Shown in pieces: positions 33,573 to 40,128 of a stretch of 48,966 nt of DNA. Each line of letters opens with the position of its first letter. Position 1 is the first letter of the stretch. The notes below the pieces were generated by a model. The model saw only the letters and a list, made by a program, of their open reading frames with translations, ran no database searches and was not told where the DNA came from. Made by a program: the position numbers and the translations under genes. Source of the DNA: a virus; IMG/VR virus record IMGVR_UViG_3300013947_000058, positions 1-48,966 of that record, one strand, 5' to 3'.

Positions 33573-34385
33573 TTAGATATTTTCAAGGTCATCAATTGTT
33601 TTAATTGTGTTTACGTCCTTCTTAATGAAGTTAGGTAGTAAATATTCACCTTTGAATATCTCACGCATTTCATTTGAAGTAGCTGGACTACCATAATTAC
33701 TTACAAAACTCTTTGTGACGTTTGGATAAACCTCAATGAATCTAAAGAACAAACGACGAAGCATTGATGGATGAACCAATGGGAATGCAAGTTTTGAAAC
33801 ATTCATCTTTTCATTTGCCGATTTGATTCTCACTTTAATAACGAATTGTTTTGAAGGATAACCAGCAGTTGTACCAAGCACAATGTTCAAGTTGCATCTG
33901 TAACATTGAGCCTCAAGCTTCTTGACAATCTGCATTGCTTTTATACTTTCTTCAATTATTTGCTCTGCACTTACACCACCATTGTAGTCGATTGATTTGT
34001 TTAATGTAATGACTTTCTGCTTAACAGGTGTCATTTTCTTTGTGACCATGTTATTTGGTACACCTTGCAAATACAATGGAACAATTGCTTGATAACCTGC
34101 AATGCTCAATGTGTTTTTAGGTTTCATTGTTGGCTCTGTTTTGCTCTCAATTACCTTGAGTTTTTGAACCAATTTAGTTGCCATATCTGACCAACCGTTC
34201 TTAAACAACTCAACTGCTTCACTGAAGTCTCTTGTTTTTGTGAAATAGTAGTCACCATCAACTGATGAATGTTTAGCCCAACAGAAAGCTTCATTGAATG
34301 GTGTATGAATTAGATACTCATAAAACTCATGTAAGCTATCATACTCAATAACTTCTGTTTTGTTTGTGATTTGATTTGATTTCAT
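33573..34385 (-). CDS. Hypothetical protein (partner gene of the AAA+ ATPase)
   Basis: AGAGGAGG RBS. 270 aa, no motif recognised. Driven by P8. Confidence 0.5.
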   Translation of the reverse strand: MKSNQITNKTEVIEYDSLHEFYEYLIHTPFNEAFCWAKHSSVDGDYYFTKTRDFSEAVELFKNGWSDMATKLVQKLKVIESKTEPTMKPKNTLSIAGYQAIVPLYLQGVPNNMVTKKMTPVKQKVITLNKSIDYNGGVSAEQIIEESIKAMQIVKKLEAQCYRCNLNIVLGTTAGYPSKQFVIKVRIKSANEKMNVSKLAFPLVHPSMLRRLFFRFIEVYPNVTKSFVSNYGSPATSNEMREIFKGEYLLPNFIKKDVNTIKTIDDLENI

Positions 34386-34436
34386 GTTGTTTTCCTCCTC
34401 TAAGGATTTATGTGTTATACCTTAACCACTGTAATT

Positions 34437-34465
34437 ATTATATCACAAGGATTTTGATTTGTACA
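34437..34465 (-). promoter_or_regulatory. Promoter P8 (TGTACA -35, 17 nt, TGATATAAT)
   Basis: Minus strand reads catagggtaTGTACAaatcaaaatccttgTGATATAATaatt. Confidence 0.75.
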
Positions 34466-34500
34466 TACCCTATGTAAAATTATTTTAGTTAGTTAAAAAT

Positions 34501-34623
34501 GAAATAGACTTTATAGAAATAGACTTTATAATAGATAAGGGTCTATATAGGGTCTTCTATATAGGGTCTATAGATTTTAGACTTTAAGCTCTATAAGCTC
34601 TATAAGCTCTATAGACCCTATCA
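34501..34623. repeat. Iteron-like repeat array (candidate origin or operator region)
   Basis: gaaatagactttata x2 (34501-34530). gggtct(tc)tata x3. aagctctat x3 (34586-34612). Perfect 13-bp inverted repeat atagggtctatag (34561-34573) / ctatagaccctat (34609-34621). Adjacent CACGTG. Confidence 0.8.
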
Positions 34624-34645
34624 CGTGCACACGTAAAAAAAATAA

Positions 34646-34792
34646 TTATTTATAATATTTATATTGCTCTTTGCGTATTAGTTGTTTTTGCTCTTCCCAT
34701 TTAGCTTTCTCTTTCTGATATTTATCACACTCAGCGTGACACCCTATATGCCTTGTTGGAGGCACGCAGTCTTTACAACACTTAATTTGCAT
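34646..34792 (-). CDS. Small Cys-rich protein (48 aa)
   Basis: Not in the track. ATG 34792 with AGGAGG RBS. Encodes MQIKCCKDCVPPTRHIGCHAECDKYQKEKAKWEEQKQLIRKEQYKYYK. Confidence 0.5.
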   Translation of the reverse strand: MQIKCCKDCVPPTRHIGCHAECDKYQKEKAKWEEQKQLIRKEQYKYYK

Positions 34793-34793
34793 A

Positions 34794-35477
34794 TTATTTT
34801 TCCTCCTGAAGTTTGTCTTGGTCACCTACAAAACCAAACATAGCTATTCCTGCACTATCTGCAGCGTCATTGTTATACATGTATTTCTGCCCATCTCTGA
34901 CAAATGTTCCTTTAGTCTTTCTACCCTCTATTGGTATAAGAATATTATTTTCCCAGCCCTGTTTTAGTAGCCATTTGACTGTAGGCCATTTCTCTTCTGG
35001 AACTCCAAACTTATTTGCCATAGGTTTACTTGTGCCTATTACTTGAGCTTTCCAGCATCTTGTATCTACACTATAAACTGGGACACAATACTCATGGCAT
35101 TTGTCTACTATGATACTGTTTAAAGCACCAATAGACTTTATGTAGTCGATATTGAGAAAACCCTGAGAACGAAGCCTAATTCTTTCTATGATGCAAATGA
35201 CTTCTCTTGCTTTTGGACAAACTGCTTTAAGGAGACCATTAAGCGTATTTGCTAATGCCCTCCTTTTATCGCTATTTGTTTTGTATGTACTTAATTGTAA
35301 GCTTCGTACTTTTACAAGCTTTCCATCTGCTGCAATACTAATACCAGTATTATTATATGATTGGTCTATGCCTACTATTACTTTCTGATATTTATAGTGC
35401 TGCTTACATTGCTTGTCTTCGCAATCTAAACAATCCAGATAGACAGCTGTACCTAGTAAAGGGCAAGGCCTACCCAT
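34794..35477 (-). CDS. RuvC-like Holliday junction resolvase
   Basis: Catalytic-acid pattern VIVGIDQSYNNTGISI ... ICIIERI ... NNDAADSAGIA. N-terminal Cys cluster. Confidence 0.55.
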   Translation of the reverse strand: MGRPCPLLGTAVYLDCLDCEDKQCKQHYKYQKVIVGIDQSYNNTGISIAADGKLVKVRSLQLSTYKTNSDKRRALANTLNGLLKAVCPKAREVICIIERIRLRSQGFLNIDYIKSIGALNSIIVDKCHEYCVPVYSVDTRCWKAQVIGTSKPMANKFGVPEEKWPTVKWLLKQGWENNILIPIEGRKTKGTFVRDGQKYMYNNDAADSAGIAMFGFVGDQDKLQEEK

Positions 35478-35518
35478 ATCAATTCCTCCTTTTATTTTGA
35501 TATTTATTCCAAGGGGCT

Positions 35519-35611
35519 CCAGAATTATCCAGAATGAATTTTAATTATTAGGATATGAATTTATATACCTTATAAGTAAAAATTAATCTGAATAATCCTG
35601 AAACCTTCTGG
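35519..35611. repeat. Intergenic AT-rich element E4 bounded by CCAGAAT/TTCTGG half-sites
   Basis: CCAGAATTATCCAGAATGA...ccttataagtaaaaattaatctga...CCTTCTGG. The plus-strand core equals the minus-strand core of E2. Confidence 0.7.
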
Positions 35612-35644
35612 AAATATCTTAATTATTATAAATAATTTAATATA

Positions 35645-36175
35645 TTAGTCTTTTATTTTAATTCTTTCCAAAATCAAATCTTTTGGCAAAATGTTATAAC
35701 ATAGATATGCCGACTGAAATACACCGCCGCCTTGCTTTCTTATGCCATCTTCATAAAAGAAATATGGGACTCTTGGATATAGATAGAGCAAACCAATGTT
35801 CTTATCTTCAAAATATGAGAATCTTTTGTTATTATCAAACAGACCTAATGTATTAATCAGCATAGCAAATGGAATATCTAATTCAAATAATTTTTCGAAG
35901 ACCTCTGTCTTTTTTGAATATGGAGGATTGCTAATAATATAGTCCACCTTTGTTCTTATTTTTCTTAATTTAAAAAAATCTTTACCTTCAGAAATATGGC
36001 TATGCAAAACATTAAAACCCTGCTCTCTAAGAACTTTTACAAAATTAGAATCCTCTGTATCAAATGGACACAATACTGTGCTACCTGGCTTTAAAAATTT
36101 AATGATAGGATATATAGCACATTTTGGCGTATAGTATTCGTCTTGTTTATTTAGCTTTAAAGTATGACTTGACAT
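35645..36175 (-). CDS. N6-adenine DNA methyltransferase
   Basis: DEYYTP near the N-terminus and catalytic DYIISNPPYSKK. Confidence 0.75.
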   Translation of the reverse strand: MSSHTLKLNKQDEYYTPKCAIYPIIKFLKPGSTVLCPFDTEDSNFVKVLREQGFNVLHSHISEGKDFFKLRKIRTKVDYIISNPPYSKKTEVFEKLFELDIPFAMLINTLGLFDNNKRFSYFEDKNIGLLYLYPRVPYFFYEDGIRKQGGGVFQSAYLCYNILPKDLILERIKIKD

Positions 36176-37042
36176 TTAGTTTAACCTTACCTTTCCTTTT
36201 CCTATGCCCCAGCAAGCTTCACGCATAAAACATTCTTTGCAACGTTTACATGTAGGACTACTTGCATCTTTTGGTCTCTTAACCATCTTATGCTCTTCAA
36301 ATACACGGTCATAATGGAACATAATAGAATCTGCTCTACCAGCAAATGGCTCAATTTTTGTTGGGTCATAATCATACACTTCAATCTTAAAATCTTGCGT
36401 GTTCTTATCTTCTGAAAGTACAAAACCTTTTGTATAGTCTTTACCGTTCCATGCTCCATCTGCTTTTGCTTGTTTAATACACAAATGCATATACCATTGA
36501 CATTGCTTCCAAGCCGAAGGATGATGAGTCATTCTCTGAAACTGATATGTATTTACAGACTTAATCTCACCAATCATTCTTCCTTCAAAGAACTCAGGAA
36601 TTAAACAATCAATATCTGGCGTATAGCTTAGCATATACTCATCACAAAATCTTGTGTAGTCCATATTTTTTGCTTTGCCATAACCAGCTCTAATTAGAAG
36701 TCTTTGCCATTTTTCATGAATTGCATTGCCTTGCTCAAAAATACGCATAAGACCAACAGGTGTCTGCTGACCTTGAAGCTGCTTATAAATTAAACTAAGA
36801 ACCTGAGCTCTTAAACAGAAGTCCTTTTCACCAACCAACATTGCTGATGCATGAAGACCAACACGCTCTTGAGATTCAAGACCTCTTGTCATAACTTGCT
36901 TTACAAATTTTGTTTCCTCTTCGATATTCTTATCAAGATAGAATGTTGCATTTAAAATTTTCTCAAGTGCAGCAGCATCGGTACTTTGAATTTTCGTTCT
37001 ATTGCCTTGAGCTTCTTTTTTAATGTTGTTAATAAGACCCAT
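36176..37042 (-). CDS. Cas4/RecB-like PD-(D/E)XK exonuclease with Fe-S cysteine cluster
   Basis: YTPDIDCL...GEIKS (D...E-x-K), QCQWY (QxxxY), an N-terminal Cys plus C-terminal CKRCKECFMREAC. Confidence 0.6.
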   Translation of the reverse strand: MGLINNIKKEAQGNRTKIQSTDAAALEKILNATFYLDKNIEEETKFVKQVMTRGLESQERVGLHASAMLVGEKDFCLRAQVLSLIYKQLQGQQTPVGLMRIFEQGNAIHEKWQRLLIRAGYGKAKNMDYTRFCDEYMLSYTPDIDCLIPEFFEGRMIGEIKSVNTYQFQRMTHHPSAWKQCQWYMHLCIKQAKADGAWNGKDYTKGFVLSEDKNTQDFKIEVYDYDPTKIEPFAGRADSIMFHYDRVFEEHKMVKRPKDASSPTCKRCKECFMREACWGIGKGKVRLN

Positions 37043-37044
37043 TG

Positions 37045-37239
37045 TTATTCCTCTCCTACAATTTCAAGGTATTCGTCTTTCCACTTTCTGACGTTATCTA
37101 AGTCGTATGAACCGAAACCTATATCACTGTACTCCTTACCTACTTCATGATACCTTATCTCAAAATAAGGCTTTTCTTTTGTACCACTTACAATAATATA
37201 AGCCTCTGTTACTTTAGTTTTATTCTGTTTATCCATCAT
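37045..37239 (-). CDS. Hypothetical protein
   Basis: 64 aa. Start overlaps the upstream stop. Confidence 0.45.
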   Translation of the reverse strand: MMDKQNKTKVTEAYIIVSGTKEKPYFEIRYHEVGKEYSDIGFGSYDLDNVRKWKDEYLEIVGEE

Positions 37240-38036
37240 CTCGCCTCCTTTGGTCTGTTTAAAATATGATGAACGATATACATATAAACAATACCTTTTT
37301 CTTCTATATCACTGAGATACCAATCAGCAAATTCTTTAGGATTCTCTTTAAAGTTTTTCGTTATTGTATCTTCAATTCTTATCATTGGAAACTGTGACAT
37401 ATCATGCTTGCCAAATAATCTAAAAAGCTCATTATCTGAATGTGTATATGCATAATTCTCATTGATTATTGCTTCACACAATCTCTTTAAAAACCTTTTT
37501 ACTTTGTTATCCGGTTTAAGCTTTTCTTTATTCAGCTTTTCAAGTAGTATCTCTGGAGTTGGCCACTCATACCAAGTTATTCTTCCGGCTTCTCTCATAC
37601 TCTGATTATGTTCTATGCCGTATGTTTGAGCAATTCTGTTCATTAGCTCTCCTGCTTTTCTGTAACCAACATATACAATAAGCTTTGCAAGTACATAAGC
37701 TTCAAACTCATCTTGATGCATTATATGAATTCCACTTCCACGATTCGCTGGGATTTTAAACTTTCCACCAAGATGCTTAACTCTCATATTCACATCTAAG
37801 CAATCTGTTTTTAAATCAAAATACTCAAACCAAACATTATAAAAATCATCTGCTGAACAACTCATTATAAGTCTGTATTTATTAAAGTTAAACCTATCTC
37901 GCTGTTGCTCAATCTTAAGTGCTTTATCTCTAAATGGAATCACATATTTTCCTTCTTTTAGCTTTATCCATCTTGGAACTTGTCCCGAATTATAAATTTG
38001 GTCAAGATTGAAATAAGGCACATCAATTACAAACAT
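37236..38036 (-). CDS. OGG1/AlkA-like DNA glycosylase fold protein (catalytic motif not recognised)
   Basis: N-terminus FNLDQIYNSGQVPRW, YFDLKTDC, GIHIMHQDEFEAYVLAKLI and WYEWPTPEILLEKL parallel Ogg-family landmarks. No clear HhH-GPD Lys/Asp seen. Confidence 0.35.
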   Translation of the reverse strand: MFVIDVPYFNLDQIYNSGQVPRWIKLKEGKYVIPFRDKALKIEQQRDRFNFNKYRLIMSCSADDFYNVWFEYFDLKTDCLDVNMRVKHLGGKFKIPANRGSGIHIMHQDEFEAYVLAKLIVYVGYRKAGELMNRIAQTYGIEHNQSMREAGRITWYEWPTPEILLEKLNKEKLKPDNKVKRFLKRLCEAIINENYAYTHSDNELFRLFGKHDMSQFPMIRIEDTITKNFKENPKEFADWYLSDIEEKGIVYMYIVHHILNRPKEAR

Positions 38037-38488
38037 ACATCACCACTCCTATTTACAACTCGTATAATTCCTGCATTTTTAAGCATTCTTGCACATATAT
38101 TGCAAGGAACAGGATTCTTATCTTCATGAAAGTCAACAACTTTCTCTTCCCACATTGCAGATTTTTCTTCATTTAGACCATATTCTTCACAAGCCAAATA
38201 TACCGTCGCACCAATCAATCTCTCACGACCTGTAGCAATCAAAGCATTTTGCTCTGCATGAACACTATCACAATTTTCGTAGCATGAATATCTTTCAGCA
38301 TTTGCTCTTTTGCATGTGCCTCTATCACAACAATTTTCTTCGCCTCTCGGACTGCCATTGTAACCGGTAGCAATAATAATATCATCTTTAACAATAACAC
38401 AACCATAATGACGTTTGAGGCATGTACTTCTTTTCGAAACTGCAAGAGCAATACCAAGATAATATTCATCTTTTGTTATTCTTCTCAT
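38027..38488 (-). CDS. dCMP deaminase
   Basis: VHAEQNALI and PCNICARML zinc-binding motifs. AGAGGA RBS before ATG 38488. Confidence 0.85.
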   Translation of the reverse strand: MRRITKDEYYLGIALAVSKRSTCLKRHYGCVIVKDDIIIATGYNGSPRGEENCCDRGTCKRANAERYSCYENCDSVHAEQNALIATGRERLIGATVYLACEEYGLNEEKSAMWEEKVVDFHEDKNPVPCNICARMLKNAGIIRVVNRSGDVCL

Positions 38489-38499
38489 AGTTTTCCTCT

Positions 38500-38709
38500 T
38501 CACTTTCTTTTGCTCTTTGTTATCATTGATTCTTCCCATTTTTCAATATTGCAGTCTTGATAGCCTAATCCTGTTAGTGCAAGTGCAAGCTGCTCAGGCG
38601 CAATTATAATATCAATATCTTTTTTAAAATTATTATCTGTAACAGATATAATAATTTGATTTGTATTATTAATATTACGAGAAATAGTTATTTTTGCATT
38701 AGTTTTCAT
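38500..38709 (-). CDS. Hypothetical protein
   Basis: ATG 38709 (MKTNAKITISR...). 69 aa. Confidence 0.45.
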   Translation of the reverse strand: MKTNAKITISRNINNTNQIIISVTDNNFKKDIDIIIAPEQLALALTGLGYQDCNIEKWEESMITKSKRK

Positions 38710-38747
38710 TTGCCTGCCGCCTTTCAATATTTTACACTTTAAATAAA

Positions 38748-39680
38748 TTAAATAAACTCTTTTGGAATACGCTTACCAAATTGCTGAGCTCTTTTTACCA
38801 TGATTTCTTTTCTGATAGATTGAACATCATCAAAGCTTACAAATCCTCTATCAAAAAATAGTGGTATTTCACATTCACCCATTGGATTACTTACTTTTGA
38901 TTTAACCACTTTACATTTCATAATCAGCCCAATTTTCTCTGTTGTAGCTGAATTACATGGATTTTTATTCGGAATCTCAATCCAGGCTTTTCTTGCAACC
39001 TGAATACGCAAAGAGCATGCGTGCTTAAGCTTACGTCCTCCAGGTGTATCTGTCTTTTCACCAAATAGCATTGCATTCATCTTATCTCTTACTTGATTAA
39101 TAAAGATTAGCGTTGTTCCTGTCACCTCAATGATTTCCTCAATTGTAGGCAAATACTTATTCATTAGTCTCGCTGTGCCACCAATTCGCTGTTCTTCAAT
39201 TGAATCCTTTTCAGCAGACTTAAGAACCTTTTCAGCATCTTCCTTTGGTACCATACTTGGCACACTATCAATACCAATAAGAGGGATTCCTGCTTTTGCA
39301 AATTGAATTGTTTTGTTAAATGCATCTTCACCATACTTAGCACGATAAATCAACATTTGCTTTGGTCTATTTCCAAAGACCTTTGCACGTTCTGCATCAA
39401 ATGTTCCCTCAATAGGAATATCCAAACACATAGGATGAAGTCCACATAAATGATATAACAAAGTTGTTTTGCCTGAACCTTCAGGACCAAAAATTTCAAC
39501 CACTCGTCCTTCAGGCATTCCACCACCAATGATTGCATCAAGGTCCTCAATGCCAGTTGACCAACGATTGATTTTAAGGTTAGCGTGTTTTGAGCCAATT
39601 GAATATACAGCACCTTCGCCTTCCTTTTTATTGATATCATTACAAAGTTTTATAATAGCTTCCTTATTTGTTTTTGCCAT
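38748..39680 (-). CDS. recA: RecA-like recombinase
   Basis: STGIEDLDAIIGGGMPEGRVVEIFGPEGSGKTTLLYHL is the RecA-family Walker A context. 310 aa. Confidence 0.8.
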   Translation of the reverse strand: MAKTNKEAIIKLCNDINKKEGEGAVYSIGSKHANLKINRWSTGIEDLDAIIGGGMPEGRVVEIFGPEGSGKTTLLYHLCGLHPMCLDIPIEGTFDAERAKVFGNRPKQMLIYRAKYGEDAFNKTIQFAKAGIPLIGIDSVPSMVPKEDAEKVLKSAEKDSIEEQRIGGTARLMNKYLPTIEEIIEVTGTTLIFINQVRDKMNAMLFGEKTDTPGGRKLKHACSLRIQVARKAWIEIPNKNPCNSATTEKIGLIMKCKVVKSKVSNPMGECEIPLFFDRGFVSFDDVQSIRKEIMVKRAQQFGKRIPKEFI

Positions 39681-39756
39681 ATTGGCTACCTCCTTGAATT
39701 ACTTGGATAGGCGGCCAACCTGTGACTGCCCTCCATTTTCATTCTCATCTACAAAA

Positions 39757-40035
39757 TTACTCTTTATCAAGTTCAATGATTTTAACACCACTAATATCAT
39801 CATGAGTATCAGCAAATGCTGCAACCATTGCCAACTTATCTTCAAGCTCAATCATATCATCTTCAGCTTGAAGGAAGTTCTTAAGCTCTTCCTCTGAAGC
39901 ATCTTTAGCAAGAGTATGAATCGAGTCAACAAACTCATTAACAGCTTCATCTGCCATCTTAGCTGCTTGGTCCATCTTGATTTTCATAATCTTCTTGTTT
40001 TCTTTAAATTTGTTTAATATATTCGTTTCCTCCAT
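39757..40035 (-). CDS. Acidic hypothetical protein
   Basis: First ORF behind P9. 92 aa, strongly acidic. Start uncertain because GGAGG lies just inside the ORF. Confidence 0.45.
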   Translation of the reverse strand: MEETNILNKFKENKKIMKIKMDQAAKMADEAVNEFVDSIHTLAKDASEEELKNFLQAEDDMIELEDKLAMVAAFADTHDDISGVKIIELDKE

Positions 40036-40069
40036 TTTAATTTAATAGGCATGTACAACCTTTAATTAT

Positions 40070-40098
40070 ATTATACCACAATAACCAAGGGTTGTACA
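40070..40098 (-). promoter_or_regulatory. Promoter P9 (TGTACA -35, 17 nt, TGGTATAAT) with a second TGTACA downstream
   Basis: Minus strand reads tttagggTGTACAacccttggttattgTGGTATAATataattaaaggtTGTACAtgcc. Confidence 0.8.
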
Positions 40099-40104
40099 CC
40101 CTAA

Positions 40105-40128
40105 ATTTTAACTTTAATTTTAACTTTA
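40105..40128. repeat. Perfect 12-bp tandem repeat (attttaacttta x2)
   Basis: Overlaps the DnaE stop codon and lies just upstream of P9. Confidence 0.9.

Noticed and set aside
34501-34623. Repeat array considered as a possible CRISPR array.
   Set aside because: The units are 9-15 bp and directly abutting or overlapping, with no unique spacers of 25-40 bp. No cas genes are present apart from a stand-alone Cas4-like nuclease. An iteron or operator interpretation fits better.
39681-39756. Possible terminator between the P9 gene and the RecA-like gene (TTGGCCGCC region).
   Set aside because: Only a short imperfect stem is present and there is no U-rich tract.
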